A model generated the notes under the pieces. It saw only the letters and a list, made by a program, of their open reading frames with translations, was not told where the DNA came from and searched no databases. The position numbers and the translations under genes were made by a program. Shown here in pieces: positions 36,946 through 47,503 of a stretch of 47,503 nucleotides of DNA (the stretch's first letter is position 1; every line of letters begins with the position of its first letter). This stretch comes from Trypethelium eluteriae (Eukaryota): contig JAVECL010000129.1 of NCBI GenBank assembly GCA_051942245.1, forward strand, positions 1 through 47,503, read 5' to 3'.

Positions 36946-37903
36946 ATGCCCGGCATCTCTTTTATCTAACCGACTTTACTCGGTTCTCAAGCACAGCTAA
37001 AATCTTACTCCTTCTAGTATCTAATGTCTCACTTGTTCGTCGACAGTCCTTCGGTCCATCATGTCCCAACGGTGGCATTTGGTATGCGTGTGCATCTGGC
37101 TCCAAGTTCGTTGGCTGTTGTAATAGTGAGCCTTGCGAGAATGGATGCCCTGCTGGCAACTTGGAGCCAGCCAGCTTCAATCCTTCGTTCTATGGCAGGA
37201 TCCCTGATCAAGAATGCTCAAGTGGATCCTGGCATACATGCAGTCTCACTGATCCGCCCTTTCTTGGATGCTGCACGACGAATCCATGCCAACCCGGCTT
37301 ATGCCCGATAGAAAACCTTAAAGCAGGGTTCTTATCTAATGATCCGGCAACAGCTGCTGCATTCTTACCGCCGGCTTCACGCCATACTCCCGTTGGGGCA
37401 ATTGTCGGAGGAGTGATCGGCGGTCTTTTTGCCCTTGGAATCGCTGTCTCCTTGGTCTATTTTCGCATGAAATCTTTGAGATCTAGCCGACTGCATCAAG
37501 GCCATATTCCTCTAGAACAGTCTCTCAAAGGTACACCAACTGAGTTGGGTCCTCTTGATGATTCATGTGAGCCACACACCTCCTTTTACAGTTGATGATT
37601 CTGCACTAATACGTGTAAACAGATAAGTCTCCACCACCAAAATACTCAAAGACGCCATCTTCGGCTCATGACTCGAACGAACTTGTCGGAAGCCCTGGGC
37701 ACAAACGCCATGCTTCTGAGCTCTCGGCTATCTCTCCTCCAGTAGAACTGGATGCTGGGGAAGGAGTCAATCCTGACCGCAACCGGCGCTGGACCCAAAG
37801 TACGATGCGAAGCGAGATCACGCAGCCCAGTGGTCTGGGTATCAGCCATGCACCTCTTTCTCTTCGGTTCTCGTTGCAGTCTCGAGTCTCTGAGGAGGCC
37901 TGA
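36946..37903 (+). CDS. Single-pass membrane protein: duplicated Cys-rich ectodomain, GxxxG TM helix, cytoplasmic tail with PPxY
   Basis: Two repeats C..G.W..C.....F.GCC...PC...CP..NL. TM GAIVGGVIGGLFALGIAVSLVYF followed by RMK. Intron 37567-37622 (gtgagc...ctaat...cag) gives tail DDSYKSPPPKYSK...VSEEA* with TGA at 37901-37903. The start is uncertain: ATG 36946 needs a GC-AG intron. Confidence 0.75.
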
Positions 37904-39840
37904 GACGATGGTGCGCCAAATTACACTCTGACCGTTGTTCGGTGTCCGAAAAAAGAATAACCAGACTACTTCTCTGACCCAAATGAGATGCCCGCCGACC
38001 TCAGAAGTACAGAGAAGCCTGACCCTACGTTCTTCGAAATCTCTCTTACCTTGGGAATATTGAATACTGGGAGAAGTAGACCCCCCAGCTCTGCACCTCG
38101 AGCGCCTAAGCGATCGACCACCCACGTAGCCATGCCTCGTTATTTCGATCCGTCAACTGTTTTGTCAAGTCAACGGTATTGGACCTCGCATCACTCTACT
38201 TTGAAGTGCAATTTGATTGACCGCCTGGGAACAATAAGACTCGTTTCACGCTTCTTTCAAGTTGGTAAAAACCTTTGCTAAGGGTTCTCCCGGCTCATAC
38301 AGACTAGAAACGGAGTTTTTAGTCTGTGGGTTGCTGGTGCACCCCTCTCTCTAATATCCCGTTTCGTTTCGTCGAGGTCCTTGTCCAAAAGCCTGATCTC
38401 CTGAACATTTTCGGAGGCCTCGCCTAACTTGTGGAGGTCACTAACTTGTGAACAAAATTCCTTACACTGCTCTGTTGCAAACATGGATTTTAGCTCCGGC
38501 GTATCTGCAAAAAGCTGTGCTCAGTCAATACGGAATGGTCAGGACATCTGCAAACTCAAAAAATCATGGATGACTTCCTGTCAGACCTCAGTGACTACCT
38601 TAGTGTTGCATCGCGATACCACGCACAGCAGCTAGTTACTCCCGACTCTATCATGGCCTCAATTTATTCATTTCTTACACTTTTTCCACGACCCAGGCCT
38701 TTATCCTCTTTGTTAAGGGTAGGCACGAGGGGTGATGCACGGACCGCGTGACCATATACCTTCACTTTCATTCTAGCTAGATAGACCTTCGCGACATCAC
38801 AATGAATAATGAATCACTTTGACACAATTTCGTTTCTTAGAGACGGCAGGAGACGCCTCTAACACTCTTGGACAGTGGCAGCATTTGATATCGAACAGAT
38901 TGAGCAATGACAAGCTTATTCGCTGGAACTACAGGAGTGTCCCATTCAAATGACAGTACAGCTCATGTTACCGCTTGCTGAGCCGTATGCGCCGCTTGTT
39001 CCGTTGAAGAGAAAAAGAATCATGGAGGGCATGGTGGGGTGAGATGTGGAAATGATAGAGCGGTTAGATCACTAGAGCACGGTTGGAATAGTGATAATTA
39101 CTTGAGCGTGGGGCAAGAGATACATTGTGGAATGCGAAGGTGAGTGGCAGTGAGGAGATTATGAGGTTTTTTGCGTAATGGCGGGGTAGGCAACGAAAAG
39201 ACGGTCCTTATAGTAATATCTTGTTCCTTTTCCAATAGGGTAGTGTAATCTTTAGTAAGTTTAGTTGTTATGTAAGTGTTAGGATAGCTCTTACCGAGTA
39301 CGCTAAGACCTACTCAAAGCACCCGACGTTTACTTGCCGGGCAGAGCTAGGAATTAAGCTTTACGATATTTACACGCGCCTCGCAATTTTGGTAATACTA
39401 TTTCACTATTGCACCATGTTTTTGTGCTTTAATGTTAGCGTTCGTTATGATTGAGGGCTGTTGTTGGCAAGCCGAACGTGCCTTTTTTTAATACCATGTG
39501 AAGGACACTGGTAGTCCAGTGTAGGTAGATTCTTGGCCAATGGACGCGTGCACTTGATCTACTTCCACCTGCAAAGAAAGCAATACTGAATAATAACTTG
39601 TCACTTGAAGTGATTTGGAGAGATTTGTGACTTGCGAATGCATTTGCTTAAAACTTTTGAACCCCTAGTTAAGATAGATATAGACAAAGCTAAATATACC
39701 CCCAGTCTTGAGACATCACAATGATTACAATGTCACTTTCCTAGGTTATACAAACCATTGTAGCGGTCGTTGTTGGTCAGGACTGTTATTGATTACCATG
39801 AAAGAAAACTAATTTGCAACAATAATGAGATACATAGTAG

Positions 39841-39848
39841 TATATAAG
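39841..39848 (+). promoter_or_regulatory. TATA-like element upstream of the 40000 ORF
   Basis: TATATAAG about 160 nt before the ATG at 40000. Confidence 0.4.
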
Positions 39849-39999
39849 CCAGCAACAACAATGCGCTGTGATAATGATACCATATTCAAACCCCTCCATA
39901 CTTCATCATCCATCCGGCCAAGGTCTTTAACCTACATCATCTTCCAAATCAAATCAGGTTTCTGATCACTCTACACTGCAGAAGACTGCAGTTAACAGT

Positions 40000-40878
40000 A
40001 TGCCGTCTGTTCCGAGCAAAGGGTTCCCTATATTACGGATCCTACCTTGCAACCGGAAAAAGGAGCCTTCCATTTTCCGGCTCCCACCTGAGCTCCGCAT
40101 CTTGATCTACAAAGAATACCTGGAGTTGGAAGACGGTGATGATCTATTTGTCAGTAACATTCGATTTGGGATTATAGAGAAGAGGCATGACCACGATTGG
40201 ACTGAGTGGTCCCGCCCAACCTCCAGTCCACCACATCGACGTCCTGCTATCCTCGCAACATCACGGCGTGTTCGTTCTGAAGTTCTCCCTATTCTCTTTG
40301 GGTCGAGGACCTGGTGTTTCCATAGTCAATTGCCCGCTCTGCACTTTCTTGCGCAGATCGGCGAAGGTCGTGACTATATCAGATCACTGCAATTCACCGG
40401 CATTGCTGTGGGATTGACCACCACGCTTTTGAGGCAGTGTCGAATGGAATCCTACTACTTGCCAAATCTACAACAAATCAAGCTGTGCTGGGAACCACAA
40501 GCTCTAGCGCCGGCGAAAGAGTTTCAGGAAGACTTTGAACAGAAAGACTTTGTATTCCGGGGTATGGAAGATTTTATGCGGGACTTTGTGATTAAGCCTC
40601 CGCGCTGGGCGTATGATGATGATTATAATGATGATGATGATGATTACTGCATAGATGCAGTGGATTGGGCTATCTCAGGTCAGGGAATTTACGACTGGTT
40701 CGACTTTCTGATGACGATTAATGGCCATTTGTGGTGTACATGGGGAAAGCTCGTTTTCTATCAATCTCAATCCGCTCCACCCTACCAGACTATGCTTGCA
40801 GAATCGGAACAAGAGAGATTTCTGAGGCGATGGAAAGAGCTCGAACCAGCCTATCTTTTGGAATATTCAAAGTGGTGA
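40000..40878 (+). CDS. Hypothetical protein with an N-terminal F-box-like (LPxElR) motif
   Basis: IFRLPPELRILIYKEYL...PAILATSRRVRSEVLPILFGSRTWCF...FLAQIG...YIRSLQF is the usual layout of fungal F-box-like/2EXR-like orphans. It also has an Asp-rich stretch. Confidence 0.7.
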   Translation: MPSVPSKGFPILRILPCNRKKEPSIFRLPPELRILIYKEYLELEDGDDLFVSNIRFGIIEKRHDHDWTEWSRPTSSPPHRRPAILATSRRVRSEVLPILFGSRTWCFHSQLPALHFLAQIGEGRDYIRSLQFTGIAVGLTTTLLRQCRMESYYLPNLQQIKLCWEPQALAPAKEFQEDFEQKDFVFRGMEDFMRDFVIKPPRWAYDDDYNDDDDDYCIDAVDWAISGQGIYDWFDFLMTINGHLWCTWGKLVFYQSQSAPPYQTMLAESEQERFLRRWKELEPAYLLEYSKW

Positions 40879-41817
40879 AAGACTGGGTTGGATTAGAGCA
40901 AGCCTGCTACCGGTACCAATCAATATCAACTCGCGAAAATTGAAACTACCAAGTTGACTATTGGCGCATTGAAACCGCATAAGCTTGGCGCGGTGGTATT
41001 TTAGCTGGTGTAATATCTAAACCTGAATTTCTCTAATTTGGTTTGGACAAAAGGGCTCTACGTCATAGTAGATTATTTCACCAAGCGCTCGACTAAGATC
41101 AGAGTACTAAAAACAACTTCCTATGTATAGTTTGCTAGGGCCGATGTCAGGCACTTTCTTAGGATGACCCTTTTCTTGCGATTTGGCTTCTAGCTGAAAG
41201 CTGCTGTGACTGAGGTAAAGCATCTTGTAGACATTGCCTATCTACTAGCGTAGTTCCGCGGACATGTAAAGCTGTCGGGTACAGAAATTGGTCCAGCTAT
41301 CTTTCGGTTAGAAACGTCGGATATTGACTTTTCGAGCCTTCGGCAGAACAGAGTTTCTCCATGCTGTCCAATTCACAGGTCAGTAGCTGTGCCATTAAAG
41401 ACCTAGAACTCTTCGACTAGAGTAACTGATAGAATATCCATCTCCTGTCACTTTGCAGCATGAATAGAAAGTATGGTCCAGTCAATGTATAGTATCTTAG
41501 TTTGCCCCTGCCACCAACATCTAGCGGATATTCCACCTATGCTTACGTGGAAGGTATGAATGTAGATGCTGAGCAGCAGCTCTGGGGTTGAAGTATGCCC
41601 CTGAGGGAAAAAGGAAGCACAGTAGTTCACATAACAGCATCTTTAGATAAATCCATCAGGTATAGAGGAGAGGTAGGGCAATTTTCTTGAAGGACCCTCT
41701 GACCTCTCTCAAATTCACAATCACCATCGATTCTGATAAGCGCATCAGTTGAGACTATTCCACTACTTGCGACCCGCTACGAATGGAAGTATGAATTCTG
41801 ACAGGCCGGCGCAGTTT

Positions 41818-42804
41818 TCATGCGGCTGGCTCTCGACTCCACCATAGCCATGCGAGTGAGAGATCCGAAAGGAGTGATAGCTTCTTGATTGTATATAGGC
41901 AAATTGAACGTTTTATGAATTCGAATCGTGGCTGTAGCTTCAGATATGCATCAACGCTTTGTGTTGTCCAGGAAAAGTTATGTAGAATTGCTATATCGTT
42001 CGCATTTGGCAGGGTTATATTGATCCCAAAGTTATCCGTATTTGACGGGGACTTGACGAAAGTTAGGCGGCTGCAAATCTGACATGAGACGGATCCGGTC
42101 AGATAATTATAGTTCTTATCCCTTGGGGCTACAGCTATCGAAGAAACCTTGAAAAGGACATTGTCGTGTTGTCCCGTTAAGGTAAGAGCAAGGTTACCAC
42201 CATTGGCACCCATATTGCTTGGGCCTGCACCGTCAAGAATACTTCGAGCCCGCCGAACATCTCCAGCTTCTTGAGCCTGCATGAGCGCCGTTTCGGGATA
42301 GAGGGGAACACACATGGCTACTTGTTCCGGGTTGACTGGGTCCTCAGGATTACCTACAATAACGCACGCTTCTGTCTGGGCACATGAGACCCTAGTCTGG
42401 GTGTGGTATACTCCTTGACCTGCTGCTGCCATAGTTTGTTCCCCACAGTCGATTATATATGCCCTTGGGTCGCCTGCTTGGACGCAGAAAGAGTGGTCGA
42501 AGAAAGTGTCTTGGCCGTTGGAAGAAGAGCCGTGAATTGGGGGCGGACAATCAGTCATACGCCTTGAAGCAAGTCTTTTTGAAGGTCTCGATCCGGCTGG
42601 CGCGGTATTATGGACTGTGAAGTTGAAACAGGCTGATATTCCAATATCATCTTCGTATTACTGAATATGATTCGTTTAGAGTTAGTATGATGTAAGCGGA
42701 GGCTACGCTTACATTGGTATAATATCTTGGGTGTTGTTCTCTCGAGCAGCCAAAGAGTTGGCCAGTGCAAGAATGATTGTATAGTAGATAGTCAAAGATT
42801 TCAT
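41818..42804 (-). pseudogene. Secreted Cys-rich protein gene with an apparent 1-nt frameshift (pseudogene or sequence error)
   Basis: Signal peptide MKSLTIYYTIILALANSLAA at 42804, intron 42661-42712. Exon 2 stops at ...DLQKDLLQGV*. One extra A in the A5 run (42576-42580) gives ...DLQKRLASRRMTDCPPP and joins the Cys-rich ORF 41818-42558. Confidence 0.7.
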
Positions 42805-42959
42805 GTCAGAAATTTCGGTATGTAAGATTGGATATCCGGATATTGTTTAGTGTATGGGTAGAGACAAAGCCGTGTTGATCATATTTATAATTCGGTGTCA
42901 CTGTAACACCCGAATTGTGTAATCTTGTTTCGGCATTGCCTGCATCAAAATCACATCCA

Positions 42960-44120
42960 TTATCATCCCAGGGTAACTGAAGGTATTAACGTAACATTTG
43001 TGTTGGAATACATGCTTCTCAAAGTCATGGCTCGATCTTGTGGCTGAAAGACGACTTCGCGTGATAGTTGACCTTCTTGCAAGCTCTACAGCCTCTGCAG
43101 CCACGCACAGTAGAAGGTTCTTGCAAAAATCTCCATGTCGTCAACATCCGCGCTGGAGACCGCCTGTAGATAAGGATTGAGAGCAAGTGAGGCGGTCGTG
43201 ACTCGTGAGCTGGTAAGGATTCTGACGGTCATGAAGTAACTTTGCTGGGACGTAGAGAGTATAAATCCAGAAAGATAGAGATGTAGGGCATTGTTAAAAC
43301 AATTTTCTAATCCATTGGCCCAGACGTGAGACAAGGCAATGAGCAAGTCGCTGATGCTGGATGCTCGAAGTCGAACCTAGCTCGTTCGGTATATTTAGTT
43401 ACAAGCAAACTCAGTTATTAGCAGGTCTCCAACATCAGAAATGGGTAGAATTAATTTAGAGAAGCAGGCAGGCGCATTTGGGCGGTGTATGCGTAAGCGC
43501 ATGCTGTTGCTGCTCAATTTGTGTGGCCAAACACGTCTGCTCTGAATACTCGAAGTGGTCGGAATCCTTTTCGAAGCTTCATTGTAGACATATAATGAAA
43601 CAGTCCAACATAGTCAACAGTCGGGGTAAGATAAGCCAGATCACTTCGGCATCGATCATTCTCTCGCAATGCTTCCAGAAGAGATCCTCCAGCGTCAAAT
43701 TTGCCGCTCTTAGGAGCAAGTGTCCATGGCTGGAATGGATGATTGTATCCGACTATATGTCATGTAAAAATATCGACACTACGAATATTCTTGAGAGAAT
43801 GGTAGACACATTCGGCAAGAGCAGTAATGGCGAGTAGTGTGGTTGAAATTGACAATTGTGGGTTGCAAAGCGCGACGTTTGCTGCAATCTGTCGCGCTGT
43901 ACGGGTGCTTTCGTCGACTTCCAGCAATCTTTTCTTCTGCCCCGACTGTCGAAGAATTTGGTGACGGGTTTGAGACCATGACTTCAAGTCACACAGACTA
44001 TAGTCATGTGCCGCATCCTCATCACAGTTACAGAACTTAGTGTAGGGCTTAGCTCGATTAAGGAGTACGAGTGAGGACTGTGAGGTGAATGTAGCGACAA
44101 CGTTTAGAGTGATATTCAAG
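42960..44120 (-). pseudogene. Degenerate HET-domain gene
   Basis: Remnants in the expected order across broken frames: LLAITALAE; DH..SEQTCLATQIE....TH; IALSHVWANGLENCFNNAL (cf. AISHVWxDGLGN..NAL); LALNPYLQ...EIFART..AWLQRL*SLQEGQLSREVVFQ (cf. WxxRLWTLQEG). Several stops and frameshifts. Boundaries are approximate. Confidence 0.8.
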
Positions 44121-44324
44121 TAGACTCAAAACTTACCAAAGCCATCGCGACAGGGAGACACTTCTTTTGTCCGCCAGATTCTACTTTTCCCATTCAGTAA
44201 ATACTTTGTGAGCCAGAACGCACCTGTCTTTAGGTCAGCGCCGAAGCAATACCAACACGAGGTGAACTTCATGATGGTGCTGGAAGGGCTATAAATTACA
44301 CACGACTGACGACGACGTCAGAAG

Positions 44325-44831
44325 ATGGCCAGAAGAAGGAAAAGCAAGATTCGGTATACAGGATTCGCGCCAATCTTAGGGCATCCAGCGCTGAAATTCC
44401 AAAAAAAGGAGCCTTTGCGCGGATTTCTTGTCTTTCCTGCAGAGCTGCGCCAGCGCATCCTCTTTGATAGCTTCGACGAAAGGTCGCTCGAAACAAAGCA
44501 GAACCTCATGAAGCGTGTCGCAGACCTCTCCACAGTCCACAGCATCATCCGCCAAGACATGGACTGGGTGCGGGAGCGCTGGCTTTCCGAATGGAAAAGA
44601 TTGGTGGGACAACGAGAACTTCTTGCACAAAAGGCCGCACAAAATTGGATGACTCAAATGAACACAACCGCGCCTGCCCGGTCTTTGTTCCAACAACCAC
44701 TGACTCCACAGCGACTTGGAAGAAGACCTTGTAAGAATTGTCGCAACGCATGGAAGGAGGGTGGCCGGTGGGGGTCAAGGCTACTGTGCAAAAATTGCAC
44801 GAAATACTTCAGCCAGAGAGGACAGTACTGA
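44325..44831 (+). CDS. Small basic hypothetical protein: F-box-like motif plus C-terminal CxxC-x15-CxxC
   Basis: TATAAA at 44290-44295; NLS-like MARRRKSK; FLVFPAELRQRIL; CKNCRNAWKEGGRWGSRLLCKNC. Confidence 0.6.
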   Translation: MARRRKSKIRYTGFAPILGHPALKFQKKEPLRGFLVFPAELRQRILFDSFDERSLETKQNLMKRVADLSTVHSIIRQDMDWVRERWLSEWKRLVGQRELLAQKAAQNWMTQMNTTAPARSLFQQPLTPQRLGRRPCKNCRNAWKEGGRWGSRLLCKNCTKYFSQRGQY

Positions 44832-45598
44832 AGGCGAGCATCGACACGAGAAAACTTAAGCGGGTCTTCTCAGACGCTGTAAGGTGAGCGTAGATAGCCA
44901 TGTGATTTGTCCAATGTCTGCTGATAGCACAAAAAGCCTTAGCTTGGTAAAAGATCCGTGGAGAATATTGGGCCAGGAAAATGGGGAGGACAAAGAAAGG
45001 GGAATCTGATTCGCCGAGGCTCAATCAACGAATTTCTCCAACCTGCATGCCTGCTCTGAATGACCTCACCTTCCGGCTCGGCTGGCTGACATACGAACAA
45101 TCTGGCTTTCGTAACATTGTTGTCAAACCTTAGTACCACTTTCATCTCAATATGAGCGTGTCTTCGCTTGGCTACTCTATCCTCTGACCACTGCCGCAGG
45201 TGCTGACCTGGATGGGTACAAACTAAGGCTCTCTGGTTGCCGTCAAAGACGCGACTTCCTGGGCGTCGCTATGCTGGAGGTCTCTAGGAGAGCTTGGAAC
45301 AGAACAAAGATCGTGACTTCTTCTTTATCTCTGAAGCGCCATGCACTAGGCTACTACTATCCTGCGAGCATTCCAATTTCCTGTCCTGCAGTCGCCTCAT
45401 TGTTGATTACATCCTGAAAGAAATGATAAGATCAAAGACCTTATCAATAACAGCTCCTCTCATCATGGTAAATAAGTAACTTATATGTCGAACAAGTGCT
45501 GTAAAAGGCGTCATATTCTCACCGCACCTCTCCCAACAAATCTCAATGCAAAAAATCTACTGGTCCACTCCAATTACTTCATCGTGCTAGAATCCGAG

Positions 45599-46219
45599 AT
45601 GTATACCTTGCCCTTCTTCGCTGCTCTTCTTCCGCTTGGCAGCAATGCACTGCCGGCAGTGCAAAACAAGGATGCTGAACCCTCTTTAGCAGTCCTGACT
45701 AACTCTACTGCCTCATTCATCACCAGTTACGTGTGCATCAATCACGCCCTCAGTGAGCGCGATGTTCCTGCTGAGCCACAATTGGTAACATCCGAGCCCT
45801 CACTTTTCACTAACGTTTACTGGGCTATCACAACAGATAATCCACCAAAGCCTTCGCTCCAACCGCCACCGCCACCGCCACCGCCAGCGTCCAAGAGCTC
45901 TGCTCATTCTTCCCCCAGCCCAGGCTTCGCCCCTGGTCATCCGCACCGTGGTAACCCTCCGTACGACCATCGACCCCCTCGACCGAGCGATCCAGCTCCT
46001 TTGACTCATCTACCATCCCTACCACCTCTACCTCCCGCGAGTCATCCACCACCTCTATCTCCTGCGTGTCATCCTCCACCTCCACCTACGAATCACCCAC
46101 CACCTCCTCCTCCTACGAGTCGCTCTCTACTTCCCGAAATAACCACTGCACCGCCTGGTATTACCATTAGTCCGTATACTCCAGCGTCCACCTTATCCTT
46201 CAGACCCATGACCCCTTAA
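45599..46219 (+). CDS. Secreted Pro/His-rich (extensin-like) protein
   Basis: ATG 45599 begins a signal-peptide-like MYTLPFFAALLPLGSNA/LP. Poly-Pro tract and repeated (S/C/N)HPPP units follow. Confidence 0.6.
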   Translation: MYTLPFFAALLPLGSNALPAVQNKDAEPSLAVLTNSTASFITSYVCINHALSERDVPAEPQLVTSEPSLFTNVYWAITTDNPPKPSLQPPPPPPPPASKSSAHSSPSPGFAPGHPHRGNPPYDHRPPRPSDPAPLTHLPSLPPLPPASHPPPLSPACHPPPPPTNHPPPPPPTSRSLLPEITTAPPGITISPYTPASTLSFRPMTP

Positions 46220-47267
46220 GTCTACCATATCCGGATTTCCTACAAAGTCCAAAACTCCACTCGAGATCCAGAGCTCGTTTCATGGATACATCATGATAGT
46301 TGACTAGTCCTTCGATATCTGTAGAAAACAAAATTCTCCATGTCAACCTAAGCAGTCTGGCTGGTCTGCTTGCTCGTACTCGTCTCAATGTCCGCTCCAA
46401 TATCTTCTATTGTACATAGTTTTTTGCAGTACGGATCCGATAAGCTTGAGAGATCCAAGACAATTGAGGTTTGCTGCTTCATTCTTCTTGTGCATTTTGG
46501 TACATGCTATCTGAATGGTAAGATCTTGATTGTGCAAAGAAGCTTAGTACACTTTTGCGATATAAGCGAGACTGGGATCTATGCACTTCCTTCTTAACAA
46601 CATAGTAAGGCCATCAATTTGAAGACCAAAACTAATAATTTTCTGCTGATCTACCAGTTTACCTAAGTTTGCTGATGCATTTGTCGTTTTACTAGAGCGT
46701 TGCTTGCCGATACACGAACTTTCGTCAACTTTCCATGTCTTCATTATTACCGCCCAGTCACAGCAGTCGAGTTAGAATAGGAAAGTACAATCGGGATTAG
46801 ATTGAACCTTGGAACAGAAAAGATGCTAATCGTCTTTTCTTCAGGCTCTTGATGGCAACGTACGGTGGTACGACTTCCATCCCCGCAAGCCGCTCATCGA
46901 CCTTCCTGAACGGGCTTGAAGCTGCAGCACCCCACTAAGATACTTTAGTTCGTCTTTACAATTTTCTTGACTTATCCTGTCAAAGACCTGATAACGGTTA
47001 TACCGGCTTTCTTTGACCAACCTCACGATGATCTACCGAAGGTAGCTCACCAAGCTTCCGATCGTATCGACTGGAGTATAAAATGTACATTTCATGAGGG
47101 TAGTCAAAGCCTGCCTAGAGAAGTAGTCGATTTCTGAATCTTACTGTTTTCTCTTTGACGTTTTGGTAAAGCTTTTCCAAGAAGAAGCTCTCGTCTACCT
47201 CACTTTCCACTGCAATTCCTTTCTCTTTTCTCTTCCACATCAAGCACTTGAAAGATTTAACTCCGTC

Positions 47268-47503
47268 ATGCGCCTTTTCGTAACTATGCAAGCCATACTG
47301 GCTTCGCTCTCCCTCTCCACCAGCCAACTTATCGACACCTCCAACTCCATCACCGCCATCGTCGGCATCAACAGCCAAAACACCTCCATTCTCGGCAACT
47401 ACTACAACTACTGGTCCATCCAAAACAACGACACCGTCTTCGACCTCACCCGCTCCGACCGCCTCCCGACCACCTCCCCAAAAACCATCCCCATGTCCGG
47501 ATC
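47268..47503 (+). CDS. 5' part of a probable secreted isochorismatase-like (cysteine hydrolase) protein, truncated by the window edge
   Basis: Not in the ORF track. Open from ATG 47268: MRLFVTMQAILASLSLSTS/QLIDTSNSITAIVGINSQNTSILGNYYNYWSIQNNDTVFDLTRSDRLPTTSPKTIPMSG, with strong C-ending codon bias. GNxxNxW...DLT resembles the N-terminal extension of fungal isochorismatase-family proteins. The catalytic domain is not visible. Confidence 0.55.
   Translation, partial: MRLFVTMQAILASLSLSTSQLIDTSNSITAIVGINSQNTSILGNYYNYWSIQNNDTVFDLTRSDRLPTTSPKTIPMSG

Noticed and set aside
38278..38660. Short minus-strand helical-looking ORF (MFATEQCKEF...)
   Set aside because: Could be a gene remnant, but there is no motif or coherent exon structure to support a call.
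39504..39523. ACACTGG-tagt-CCAGTGT hairpin considered as a tRNA or MITE end
   Set aside because: No cloverleaf, no T-loop consensus and no matching distal terminus.
46544..47026. Two short minus-strand ORFs
   Set aside because: No recognisable family or splice model.
47115..47423. 102-aa minus-strand ORF
   Set aside because: Antisense shadow of the plus-strand gene starting at 47268.
1..47503. CRISPR arrays, rRNA/tRNA genes, intact transposons, PKS/NRPS core genes
   Set aside because: None recognised by eye; tRNAscan-SE, Infernal and RepeatMasker would be needed to exclude them formally.

Overview
This is eukaryotic DNA from a filamentous ascomycete (Pezizomycotina-like), judged from short GT-AG introns with CTAAC/CTGAC branch sites and fungal-type gene families. 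The supplied ORF track uses GTG/TTG starts and ignores introns, so I rebuilt the gene models by hand. The left part holds conserved genes: an Stb3-like regulator, TOP3 head-to-head with a DUF1295 membrane protein, a GNAT-like protein and an amidase. The middle holds a HET-domain gene, an uncharacterised 4-TM protein, an SDR and a divergent O-methyltransferase with a decayed SDR between them, a Crh-type GH16 fused to a PAN/Apple-like domain, and an OSCA/TMEM63 (DUF221) channel. The right ~11 kb looks like a fast-evolving accessory zone: a Cys-rich single-pass receptor-like protein with a PPxY motif, two F-box-like orphans, a secreted Cys-rich gene broken by a 1-nt frameshift, a HET pseudogene, a Pro-rich secreted protein and the 5' end of a probable secreted isochorismatase-like gene. 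I saw no rRNA, tRNA, CRISPR or intact transposon. I cannot show a new multi-gene system from sequence alone. The best leads are the GH16-Apple chimera, the receptor-like protein and the effector/HET turnover zone. All family calls come from motif recognition, with no database search.
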